A model generated the notes under the pieces. It was given only the letters and a program-made list of their open reading frames with translations, had not been told where the DNA came from and made no database searches. Shown here piece after piece: positions 52,346 through 64,000 of a stretch of 64,000 bases of DNA. The stretch's first letter is position 1, and every line of letters begins with the position of its first letter. Source of the stretch: an uncultured Acidobacteriota bacterium (GTDB taxonomy: Bacteria > Acidobacteriota > Blastocatellia > RBC074); contig CAWCKY010000006.1 in assembly GCA_963796275.1 (NCBI GenBank), positions 1,056,001 to 1,120,000 of the forward strand. The letters are read 5' to 3'. The position numbers were made by a program, and so were the translations under genes.

Positions 52346-53402
52346 ATGTTTTTAACGCCCGGCGGATCAAGGGGGCCAGCTTATCCGGCTCCGCCAAAAA
52401 ACCATCGTGTCCGTGCGATGATTGAATCTCCGCATACTCGGCATCGACTCCGGCTTCGCGCATGCGCGCGCATAAAGCTTTGACGTCTTCGGCAGGGAAG
52501 AGCCAGTCGGAAGAGATGCCTACCATCAGCACGCGCGCGCGCATGCGCCGCAAAGCCACCCGCTCGGATTCGTATCCGGCCGCCGGATCGAAATTGTCCA
52601 TCGCCTTGGAGATGATCAGGTAAGATCCGGCATCGAATCTTCTCGTGAATATCTCACCCTGGTAATCGAGGTAGCCTCCGATATCGTAGCGCTCGCTCAG
52701 CGAATTCATAGGATCCTCGCCATTGCGATTCGGATTGCGAGCATAACGCTCGGTGAAGAGCCCGGCCGACTTGTAAGAGAGCATCGCAATAGCGCGCGCC
52801 AGCGCCAAACCACATCGAGGCGGATCACGCTCGTCATTCAGAATCGCGAGACGCTGAAGATGGTTCAACGCCAGCGCCATGGCGCCGAGCGGGACTGCGC
52901 CGATGGCGATGGATCGCCGCGTTCTATCGGGAAAATCTATTGCCCACTGAATCGCCTGCATGCCGCCGATCGAACCGCCGATCACCGCGTACAATTTATC
53001 TATCATTAGATAATCGAGCAGGATGGCCTGCGAGCGCACCCAGTCGCGCACGGTGACCAGAGGAAAACGAACGCCGTAAGCTTCCCCGGTTGCGGGGTCG
53101 ATATCTCGCGGCCCCGTCGAACCGTAACACGATCCGATTATATTGACCCCGATGATGCAATCGCGCGAGAGGTCGAATACTCCTTCGCCACCGAACAACT
53201 GCGGCCACCAATCGCCCACGCGAGCCGAGCCGGACAACGCGTGACAGACCAGGATGGCATTGTCACGCCGCTCATTGAGCTCACCGTATATCGCGTAATG
53301 TAATTTGACCTGGTGCAGGTATGCGCCGGACAGCAATACGAATGGCTCGTCTTGTTGAAAAACGAAATCGCCTTCAAAGGTGGGGTCGATCCGATAGGGC
53401 AT
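52341..53402 (-). CDS. metX: Homoserine O-acetyltransferase
   Basis: LVCHALSG, GSCYGSTGP, GGSIGGMQA, SSDWLFP and HGHDGFL. Confidence 0.93.
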   Translation of the reverse strand: MPYRIDPTFEGDFVFQQDEPFVLLSGAYLHQVKLHYAIYGELNERRDNAILVCHALSGSARVGDWWPQLFGGEGVFDLSRDCIIGVNIIGSCYGSTGPRDIDPATGEAYGVRFPLVTVRDWVRSQAILLDYLMIDKLYAVIGGSIGGMQAIQWAIDFPDRTRRSIAIGAVPLGAMALALNHLQRLAILNDERDPPRCGLALARAIAMLSYKSAGLFTERYARNPNRNGEDPMNSLSERYDIGGYLDYQGEIFTRRFDAGSYLIISKAMDNFDPAAGYESERVALRRMRARVLMVGISSDWLFPAEDVKALCARMREAGVDAEYAEIQSSHGHDGFLAEPDKLAPLIRRALKTS

Positions 53403-53417
53403 AAATACATTTATATC

Positions 53418-53526
53418 TCACGCAAAGCCGGAACATTTTACATTTGTTATTAACTCTTACAGCGAGCAACCCGATGACAAATGTCAAATATAAAATGACA
53501 AATGTAAATGTTCCGGCTTTGCGTGA
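53418..53526. repeat. MITE-like palindromic element between metY and metX
   Basis: TCACGCAAAGCCGGAACATTTTACATTTG ... CAAATGTAAATGTTCCGGCTTTGCGTGA terminal inverted repeats. Confidence 0.8.
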
Positions 53527-53551
53527 AGTTTCCCATCTATAAGCCGCAGCC

Positions 53552-54898
<1,347 letters not shown>

Positions 54899-55111
54899 TT
54901 ACCGGATTTATCAGGACTTTGTGAATCGGATCGAAGCTGGAGTTATCCTATGAATCCTCTCTTAAATCCTCTATGAATTCCCATTGAAATAGCGATGTGA
55001 GTAATTGCACGAGTACGACGATCTCGCAGGAAATGCTGGGTCTCGGCCGGGTCCATATAAATTATCGTGATAAATTATCGTGCTAAATTGAACATCGACA
55101 AAAACGCGGGC

Positions 55112-55141
55112 AGTCTAGGCCAGACACCACGCATCTGTCAA
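55112..55141 (-). promoter_or_regulatory. sigma70-type promoter for metY-metX
   Basis: TTGACA-18 nt-TAGACT on the minus strand. Confidence 0.5.
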
Positions 55142-55167
55142 CGTTATAATCAGATATACATACTGTT

Positions 55168-55569
55168 ATGAGCATAAATATCCCTCGCTCGATCGTCGAC
55201 GAAATCATTAATCAAGCTCGCGCCGAGCATCCGCGAGAGTGTTGCGGTCTGCTCGGCGGCAGCGATTCACACGCGCGCAATCGCTATCCGTTGCAGAACA
55301 GATCACCCGAGCCGGAGAGACGATATTTCGTTGCGCCGGAAGAGCTCTTCGGAGCCATGCGGCGAATGCGGGATGTGCGTGATGAGCTGGTCGTTATATA
55401 TCATTCGCATCCGCGCAGCCCGGCTTATCCATCGCAGACCGATATCGAGCTGGCTTTCTATCCCGAAGCGGTCTACCTGATTGTCGCCCTCGAACCGAAG
55501 ACTGAGCTGCGCGCATTTCGGATCAATGAGGGAGGAGTGCTTGAGATTGCAGTCGATGTGATAGATTGA
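55168..55569 (+). CDS. JAMM/Mov34 (M67) metallopeptidase, Mec+/HcyD-like
   Basis: PRECCGLL and YHSHPRSPAYPSQTD (E...HxH-x7-S-x2-D). Confidence 0.92.
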   Translation: MSINIPRSIVDEIINQARAEHPRECCGLLGGSDSHARNRYPLQNRSPEPERRYFVAPEELFGAMRRMRDVRDELVVIYHSHPRSPAYPSQTDIELAFYPEAVYLIVALEPKTELRAFRINEGGVLEIAVDVID

Positions 55570-55616
55570 CGCCATTTTGCGCCGCTAATGTCTTTTGAGA
55601 TTTCGTAGCCTGTCTC

Positions 55617-56351
55617 TCAACGTAAAAACCCTTCTTTAAATCCCAGGTCGTATGCGAGCGAAAGCCCGAACCCGAGGCTGAAGAGCCCCGCTGCCGCTTG
55701 CACGGCTAGATGCGTGCGCTTGAAGTGCTCCGCGGTAAATCGCGCCGGAAGGCTGAGTATTATACTCATCAACATCATCCCTCCGATCGATCCGGCGCCG
55801 AAGACGATGATGTATCCAAAAGCGACCCAGGTCGAGTCGATCTGTGTTAACACGATAAGCATCAGCGCCGCGCTCCCCGCCAGGCCATGAACCATCCCGA
55901 CGATGAGCGGCCGTATGCTCAACCGCAAACCGTGATGCGAAGTTGGGTCCAGTTCAGGTTTGTTCTCGTGAATATGCGGATGGATGTGGGTGTAGGAGCC
56001 GTGCGAATGGGCATGATAATGCAACCGGCCGCCGCGCACGAGTTTGATGAGCACGTTCGCGCCCAATCCGATCAGCATCAATGCCACAAAAAATTCCAGT
56101 ATTTTCTCGTATCGCTCTATGCTGATGTTCAACAGAATTACGCCAACGCCGGCGAGCATGAGCGAGGCCGTGTGTCCGATGCCCCATACCCCGCCGATCA
56201 GCAGAGAGCTCAGCAAGTTTTTCCGTTCGCAGACGATGGTCGAAACGGCTGCCAGGTGATCCGCATCGAAAGCGTGTTTGATACCTATGCCCAGGCCTCC
56301 CAACAAGATCGAGACGGCGGATAGCGTTGTGATATCTTCAAGAAAGAACAT
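55617..56351 (-). CDS. Ni/Co transporter-like membrane protein (UreH/HoxN-related)
   Basis: HAFDADHLAAV, WGIGHT, His-rich loop and GMVHGLAGSA. Confidence 0.85.
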   Translation of the reverse strand: MFFLEDITTLSAVSILLGGLGIGIKHAFDADHLAAVSTIVCERKNLLSSLLIGGVWGIGHTASLMLAGVGVILLNISIERYEKILEFFVALMLIGLGANVLIKLVRGGRLHYHAHSHGSYTHIHPHIHENKPELDPTSHHGLRLSIRPLIVGMVHGLAGSAALMLIVLTQIDSTWVAFGYIIVFGAGSIGGMMLMSIILSLPARFTAEHFKRTHLAVQAAAGLFSLGFGLSLAYDLGFKEGFLR

Positions 56352-56363
56352 CGGATTATTCTA

Positions 56364-57986
56364 TCAGATCAATTTATGAAAACGGCCCATCCAGTAAGGG
56401 AGCAGGAAAAATGCGCCGTCATCTTCGCCGCGGCCGCCGTCGCCGCCATCGAGCCGGTAAGGATTTCCATTCCACTTCATCACCGGCAATTCGTCGAAAG
56501 GCAATACTATCAGTGACTGTCTCTGTTTGAAACGATCCGGCGTCGAGCTGAACGGAACATCGGACCGGTGGGAGTTCGTCACGGTCCAGGTCACCAGATC
56601 GACGGGGATTTCGTGCAGCGTCTTGATCGATAGGGCTCGATCGAAATCCTGGCTGCCACTGCCGGCGGCGTAAATGAAATTCCAGAGCGGATTGCGTTCC
56701 GGGCGCTCGACCGCCCAGCTCCGCTGCAGACTTTGGAGATAGACCTCGCGCAGCTTCGGGTCCGTTTCGTAGAGCAGCAGCGGATAATATGAAAGGAAAG
56801 CCAGCTCGTCGTCCGAGTGATTGATCCGGCCGGGAATGTTGATCTTCTGGTTGCGCGTGAGCAGATGATAGCGATGTTTGCTTATCAGTTCGTCGTAAGC
56901 CGACTGGAACTTCCCGGTGATGTGGATGGCGACGCGCAAGTGCGATAGGAGGTGCAGCGCGCGCAGGCCGGTCTCATCGGGATCGGCCAATATCGCGTCC
57001 GGATCCCACCAGCCCCAGGCCGTACGCTTGCCATCTAAATCGATCAATTGATAGCCGTGATCGAGTATGTGATTGGTGATGCGTTCGATTACGGCGCGAA
57101 TCTTCCTTTTCTCGTCCTCATCGGCGACGAGGTCGTAATAGATCGGGTAGACGAAGTAATGGCCGACGATCTCATCCGAACTCGTATCGCCCTTCCATCG
57201 CCATCGGCCATCGGCAGTCGTGTGCCACTCGCCGTCCTTCGGTTGTTCGTCAATGCCGATCTCGATGAACGACCGGGCAGGGAAGCCCGGAATATCCGTG
57301 ATCTCCTCGAGCCTCATTATCGCCTGCATACCCTGGCGCGCGAATTCGCGCGCATCTGCTGCTCCCGTGACTTTAAAACGAAAACACTGGGCAGCCACAT
57401 AGATCGCCGTCCACAGGCCGTCGTTATCGTCGGAGACCGTCTGACTGCTCGAGAGATCGCCCGGGACACGAAGACGAGAGCCCGCGGTCAGGCCGTGGCG
57501 AACGTGTCGCGCCCGCACTCGCTCGTCAAATGCCCTCGCTTTTTCTGCGAGGGACATCCGTTTGTACGCGATCCGGCTGTATCCTCCAGGCGTCTCGGCC
57601 CAAATGGCTTTCTCATCGTCAAAACCTATCGCGGTGACTCGATCGTCCGGGAGCCAGCGTTTACCCGCGAAATATTGGATAGACTGAGTGGGAAGGTGGT
57701 AACTGAACATCCCACGATTCGTCCCTATCCATAACGTCTCGACATCGTTGTCCGTCAGATCGCCTGCGATAACTGTGATTTCGTAATTGGGAAACGGCCG
57801 CCGGAATTGCAACCGGGATAAAACATCTTGGGGGGCCGACCGGTATAGTTTGACACGGTCCGCGGTAAGCCGGCGGAATTCACCGGCCGTGTGAAAGGTG
57901 CGAATTTTCTGCGGGACGTCATCGGCAGGAATAGCGAAAGCCGCTGAAATGAGAAAAGGCACAATAAGAAGACTGAAAGTTGCCAT
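56364..57986 (-). CDS. Secreted hypothetical protein (short propeller repeats + probable alpha/alpha barrel)
   Basis: Signal peptide, LWIGT/LPDDRV regulator-propeller-like repeat, DNDGLWT and WKGDTSSDE. Confidence 0.65.
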   Translation of the reverse strand: MATFSLLIVPFLISAAFAIPADDVPQKIRTFHTAGEFRRLTADRVKLYRSAPQDVLSRLQFRRPFPNYEITVIAGDLTDNDVETLWIGTNRGMFSYHLPTQSIQYFAGKRWLPDDRVTAIGFDDEKAIWAETPGGYSRIAYKRMSLAEKARAFDERVRARHVRHGLTAGSRLRVPGDLSSSQTVSDDNDGLWTAIYVAAQCFRFKVTGAADAREFARQGMQAIMRLEEITDIPGFPARSFIEIGIDEQPKDGEWHTTADGRWRWKGDTSSDEIVGHYFVYPIYYDLVADEDEKRKIRAVIERITNHILDHGYQLIDLDGKRTAWGWWDPDAILADPDETGLRALHLLSHLRVAIHITGKFQSAYDELISKHRYHLLTRNQKINIPGRINHSDDELAFLSYYPLLLYETDPKLREVYLQSLQRSWAVERPERNPLWNFIYAAGSGSQDFDRALSIKTLHEIPVDLVTWTVTNSHRSDVPFSSTPDRFKQRQSLIVLPFDELPVMKWNGNPYRLDGGDGGRGEDDGAFFLLPYWMGRFHKLI

Positions 57987-58064
57987 GTTTCTTTCCTCTA
58001 TCTAAATATCCCCTATTGTGACCTTGGTGGAGAATTCCGGTCCGGTAACGCGCACGCGCCTGAA

Positions 58065-58862
58065 CTATCCGACGCGGATTGAATGATCGGTGAGGTACTT
58101 CCATCCCTCTTCGCTCAGCAGATCGAACGAAGATAATCCGTCCTGCTCCGTGCCCGGGAAGACGTATATCCCATCGCGCTCAATCGCGCGCGGATCGAGT
58201 GAGCGCAGCCCATTGAGAAGGCGATAGAATGTCCTGGGTTCCCAATACCGTTCTTCTTCCAGATTATCCACGATCTGACCAAATGGCTGGGCCAGTTGCG
58301 CGTAGGTCGGGCGGAAGCTGTAGTCGCCGACATCGTCAGCCACCGGTTCTTCGCGGTTATCGATCAGCATCAAGAGAGTGACGATAAGATATTCTTTCTG
58401 ATCTGAATAACGGTGCAGGCGATCGGTCTGCTCGCCGAGTTCCTCGGGCTCGGTCGCCATCGCGGCCTCGACTTCGTTCTGCCATTGATTGAAAGAGCTG
58501 ATCGCGGTTTCGGCCTCGGAATGATAGTCCCAAAAGCCATACTCCCAGGCATATTGATTCTCGATCAACAGCGATGCGACCGATTTGATGAAACGCCGTT
58601 TTTCGTCTGCGCTGTCAGTGTTATCTTCGGCCTCGACCAGGCGCGCCAGCTTCGAGCGCAATTCATCGCCCCCGAATACCTGGATGACCAGTTGTATGCC
58701 GAAAAAAAGCGCATGATCCTCCTGCGCGCCGCGGCCGCTCAGAAACGACCTTCTACCACGGTCGATCCGCCCTTGCTTCGATCCGCTCAGCGCCAGAATT
58801 ATTCCGCCCGCGAAGACCGCGAGTAAAATCAACATAACGAATATATAGATGCCGCTGCTCAT
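58065..58862 (-). CDS. Membrane-anchored DUF1517-like protein
   Basis: N-terminal TM; the pattern IQLV..L..L....D...LL....W...A...FN...E and EYLIVTLL resembles DUF1517. Confidence 0.55.
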   Translation of the reverse strand: MSSGIYIFVMLILLAVFAGGIILALSGSKQGRIDRGRRSFLSGRGAQEDHALFFGIQLVIQVFGGDELRSKLARLVEAEDNTDSADEKRRFIKSVASLLIENQYAWEYGFWDYHSEAETAISSFNQWQNEVEAAMATEPEELGEQTDRLHRYSDQKEYLIVTLLMLIDNREEPVADDVGDYSFRPTYAQLAQPFGQIVDNLEEERYWEPRTFYRLLNGLRSLDPRAIERDGIYVFPGTEQDGLSSFDLLSEEGWKYLTDHSIRVG

Positions 58863-58875
58863 TGAGGGATTGTAT

Positions 58876-60279
58876 TCAACCTCCGAAGAATCCGCCGCCG
58901 CTGCGCCCGTACGATCCGGAACGCCCGATGCGGGTGCCCGTCACTCGGCCGTCGTTTGATAAGCGTACGCTCGTACGCCCAAATCCGCTCGGCCTGGCTT
59001 TGCCGACGCCAACCGCTCCGGCCGCGCCGCCGACTCGCCTGGCATTGAAGACCGTCGGCCTTGAAACAGGCTGGTAACTCGGCCGCTCGAAATTCGGGGA
59101 AGAAGATGCAGGACGCGGGATCGTCCGCGTATACCCGCCGCTGTTACCCACCATAATATATGATGGTGGTCCGTATAAGTAATGACTGAAAAACCACCAA
59201 TGGGCGAGCGGCGAACCGCCGTAGTAGTAGTGTCGCGTTTCGACCGGGGCGCTCTGAGCCGGGGTACCCGTGGCATTCGGTGAACCTGGGGCAGCGCTGC
59301 CCGATGCCAGAATTGGCTCGTCATAGGGTTTGAATTCTGAGAGCCTCAACATCCGTACTTCGATTCCATTTTTTTGCCACTCGACCAGGTCGTCGTTGAT
59401 GTCGTCGAGCTCTTTCTCCTGGGCCTGATCTTTGACCAGATAGATCACCTGTTGGATATCGCGTTGTTTGAGTTGATCGGTCGGCGGTAGTTTTGCCAGA
59501 TAACGGTTGTCAAATTGTAAGCCATCATCGACGTACGGTGCCAGCCGGTTGTTATCGATGAGCATGATGGCGGGAGCGTCATCCTTCAGTTTGGTCTTCT
59601 TCTCCTCTATTTCGCGCGCATAGTAGACCATCGCCCCCAGCGTCTCCTGCGAATTCACGACTCCGAGCGGGTGCGGCCAGTTGTCGAAAGCGGGCACCAG
59701 ATGCGCGGCGTCGGCCATCGCGGCGCCCAATGCGATAGAGGCCGGACCCGGCAAGTCGGCGATGATCAAGGTCCGATTCGCATTTGTCGACTGCGAAATC
59801 AGGTTCCGCAATCCCTCGGCGCGTTTGTATGCGTCGTCCATCGCGGCTGTATCGATCGGCTTAATCTGTGAGTTGAGAGTCGGTTGCGATAGCGATTGTA
59901 TTAATGTAGGTACGAAGAATGGTTGCCATTCCGAACTGCGCGGTTGGTAGACCGAAATCAGATAATTGTGGTCATTCCCGCTCCAAGGCCTTCGCATGCT
60001 GTCATACGCTGTCGCGCCCGCGGAAAGGGAGAGTGTTCTTTCGGAAGATCCGACGTTCCATCCCTCTTTCTTTTGAAGCTCAAGAGAATCGTAAGCAACT
60101 TCAGGGTCATCATCGACTGAAAATTTAATGAGCGTGACCCCGGCCATGCCGAGCACGGCGGCCCATGCTAAACCCTTGCCCAGAGAACGGCGCGAGATGT
60201 GATTGGTAAACCATCCGGCGAGCGGTTCGGGTTTGGATTGCGATACTCTGCTCGATTGCGTTTTGGGTTTTCTATTCAT
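58876..60279 (-). CDS. Tat-exported hypothetical protein with a Gly/Ser/Arg-rich C-terminal tail
   Basis: SRRSLGK followed by a hydrophobic stretch; ends SGFGRTS...RSGSYGRSGGGFFGG. Confidence 0.7.
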   Translation of the reverse strand: MNRKPKTQSSRVSQSKPEPLAGWFTNHISRRSLGKGLAWAAVLGMAGVTLIKFSVDDDPEVAYDSLELQKKEGWNVGSSERTLSLSAGATAYDSMRRPWSGNDHNYLISVYQPRSSEWQPFFVPTLIQSLSQPTLNSQIKPIDTAAMDDAYKRAEGLRNLISQSTNANRTLIIADLPGPASIALGAAMADAAHLVPAFDNWPHPLGVVNSQETLGAMVYYAREIEEKKTKLKDDAPAIMLIDNNRLAPYVDDGLQFDNRYLAKLPPTDQLKQRDIQQVIYLVKDQAQEKELDDINDDLVEWQKNGIEVRMLRLSEFKPYDEPILASGSAAPGSPNATGTPAQSAPVETRHYYYGGSPLAHWWFFSHYLYGPPSYIMVGNSGGYTRTIPRPASSSPNFERPSYQPVSRPTVFNARRVGGAAGAVGVGKARPSGFGRTSVRLSNDGRVTGTRIGRSGSYGRSGGGFFGG

Positions 60280-60460
60280 AATTCGATGACTAATGACGAT
60301 TCACTTTTTAATTTTATTCTATCGCACTAGCTTAGTACATACGAATTATCCTTTCTTTGGTTCAAAGACTTAGAAATATCAGACAAAATGTGAAAAATGC
60401 ACCGGAACGCCGCGGTCCCGCATTTTATCTGTCGACAAGAGCATTTGCTCGGTAACCCGG

Positions 60461-60584
60461 AGTTTGAGGTTCGATATACTCTGGAGTCGCGACGGCCCCT
60501 TTTTCCTAAACAAAACAAATCCAATTTGACTCGCGCGGGAAACGACGTTAGAATCCATTTTGCATCAGGCGCGAACCTCAAACT
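60461..60584 (+). promoter_or_regulatory. sigma70 promoter bracketed by 13-bp inverted repeats
   Basis: AGTTTGAGGTTCG (60461-60473) / CGAACCTCAAACT (60572-60584). Inside: TTGACT (60526-31)-17 nt-TAGAAT (60549-54). Confidence 0.65.
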
Positions 60585-60873
60585 TCTGTACTGGTTGTGG
60601 CTGATCATAACTGTTAAGAAGTATTCTCACGTTGCCTAAACCCAAACCCTCCTGGTGCTTGCAGACAAAATCCCCATAATCATTGAAATTGGTTTGAGAT
60701 TTTATGAAACCCCAGGGGTCATGAGGCGTTCATTCAGTTGTTGAACATCTGTATCAGTTTTTCTACTAGGTTCTACTAGGTAATATAACGTTTCTCCCCT
60801 GCAGCAGAATCATTCGGATTCCTCGGATTCTCGAACCGGATGACTCGGATTTTCTCGGATTTATTTTATTAAG

Positions 60874-62091
60874 ATGGCAGAGTTTACCTGCAGACTTGGA
60901 ACGCCCGGTGGCGAGATTGTGACGCGCACGGTCGAAGGTCTCTCCGAACAGGAGTTGAGGCAGCGACTTGCGCAAGAGGGGTATCGCATCTTCGCGGTCG
61001 AAACTTCGGGGATGCTCGCTGGCGTGCGGGTGAGGGCGGGGGGCGGCCGTACAGTCAGGATCAAACTCGATGATTTCCTGCTATTCAACCAACAGCTGGC
61101 GGCATTAATTCACGCCGGATTACCGGTCTTGCAATCCATTCAGATGCTGAGCCAGCGCTCGCCCAATCCGAAGTTGCGGGTCATCCTGGCGGACGTCGAG
61201 GCGCGCATCAAATCGGGCAGCGCGCTTTCCGAGGCATTCGAAGCGCAGGGTGAAACCTTCCCCAGGATATATACGGCATCGATTCTGGCAGGCGAACGCT
61301 CGGGCAACCTCGACGACGTACTGCGCCGTTACGTAGACTACACGAAGGCGATCGCACAGCTTCGCCGGAAAATCCGGAGCGCGCTCACATATCCGATCAT
61401 TCTGCTTAGCGCCGCATTCATTCTGATCGGCGTGCTGACGACATTCGTGATACCACAATTCTCTTCGCTCTATGGAAATATGGGGACGGAATTGCCCACG
61501 ATCACGACGGTGGTGGTCGGCATTTCGTCGGGCGCCCGCGCGAACTTCTACTGGCTCGCACCCCTGATAATAACTGCCATTTTCGGATTCTTCTCCTGGC
61601 GGCGAACCGAGGGCGGCCGCCGCACGATTGACCGCTGGGTCCTGAAGATCCCGATCGTCGGAGAACTGATCAGGCAGATGACGACGGCGCAGCTTACGCG
61701 CAGTCTGGCTACGCTGCTGGCGGGCGGTATTACCCTGGTCGAGTCATTTCAGATAGGGCTCGCATCGATCGTCAACCGAGAGCTCCTTCGCTCGACCGAG
61801 CCCGCGCTATCCAAGATACGCGAGGGCAAACCGTTCACCGAGAGTCTTGATGCGGCCGGATGGATGCCGCCGCTGGCGGTGGATATGATCGGGGTCGGCG
61901 AACGCTCCGGGTCGCTCCGTGAAATGCTCGATGAGGTCGCGGGGTTTTACGATGCCGAGACGGAAGTGAAGCTCGGGCAATTGACGACTTTTATCGAACC
62001 GGCGATTCTCATTACGATGGGCTGCATTGTGGTTACCATCCTGCTGGCGATCTATTTGCCGCTTCTGCAGATGGTAACAAAGGTCGGATAA
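60874..62091 (+). CDS. Type II secretion/type IV pilus platform protein (GspF/PilC family)
   Basis: QQLAALIHAGLP, GERSGNLD, SALTYP, GERSGSL.EML and FIEP. Confidence 0.93.
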   Translation: MAEFTCRLGTPGGEIVTRTVEGLSEQELRQRLAQEGYRIFAVETSGMLAGVRVRAGGGRTVRIKLDDFLLFNQQLAALIHAGLPVLQSIQMLSQRSPNPKLRVILADVEARIKSGSALSEAFEAQGETFPRIYTASILAGERSGNLDDVLRRYVDYTKAIAQLRRKIRSALTYPIILLSAAFILIGVLTTFVIPQFSSLYGNMGTELPTITTVVVGISSGARANFYWLAPLIITAIFGFFSWRRTEGGRRTIDRWVLKIPIVGELIRQMTTAQLTRSLATLLAGGITLVESFQIGLASIVNRELLRSTEPALSKIREGKPFTESLDAAGWMPPLAVDMIGVGERSGSLREMLDEVAGFYDAETEVKLGQLTTFIEPAILITMGCIVVTILLAIYLPLLQMVTKVG

Positions 62092-62177
62092 ACGGATAAG
62101 CGGATGCTGAGCTGGGCTTCGAGGTTTACATCGATCCCGCTGATCCGGCATAACCTTTGAAATTTTCTGGGAAGAAA

Positions 62178-63801
<1,624 letters not shown>

Positions 63802-64000
63802 AAACTTTTGGAACGCTCTTAGAATCACAGCGTTCAAGCAGTTAGTTCACGTATCTGTTGATAGCCAAAGACCTCTCCCCCCTCCTGTCTGGGTTTTTGG
63901 CATTTAGATTTTGCTTAGATTTTGCGATTTTGATTTGCCGATAGGCAACGATGTTGGATTTCCGCCTACCGGTTTGCGGACCGGATGGGACTCTAAAAAG

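Noticed and set aside
60327-60639. Small ORFs in the divergent intergenic region
   Set aside because: No RBS or recognisable motifs; they overlap the predicted promoter

Overview
Bacterial chromosomal window of moderately high GC. Gene content and intergenic repeat types suggest Acidobacteriota/Blastocatellia (inference only). (1) 1-26204: a ~26 kb surface-polysaccharide locus. It has GT4/GT2/GT-C transferases, two AsnB amidotransferases, a nucleotide-sugar dehydrogenase, a heparinase II/III-like protein, DUF362 and a deacetylase, plus an embedded DltA/DltC-like adenylation + carrier protein + formyltransferase + flavin monooxygenase module. (2) EVE-nth, followed by an 11-copy ~79-bp array of inverted REP doublets. 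(3) kaiC-kaiB-hybrid histidine kinase. (4) hisN-like, DUF1287 and SET genes. (5) pspA - membrane coiled-coil - tandem AAA+ ATPase operon (ESCRT-III/Vps4-like logic). (6) argA-like, argJ, TolC, a PIN-type TA pair and an ABC exporter. (7) A decayed 4.7 kb island in tRNA-His, with a 28-bp att duplication, arm-type repeats and a truncated integrase. (8) metX, metY and a JAMM peptidase. (9) A four-gene minus-strand cluster (Tat protein, DUF1517-like, secreted barrel protein, Ni/Co transporter-like) divergent from pilC/pilB-like genes. Between them a near-consensus sigma70 promoter is bracketed by 13-bp inverted repeats (candidate invertible promoter). Four +1 frameshifts in three otherwise intact genes look like long-read consensus errors. 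All calls come from motif recognition by eye; no searches were run.
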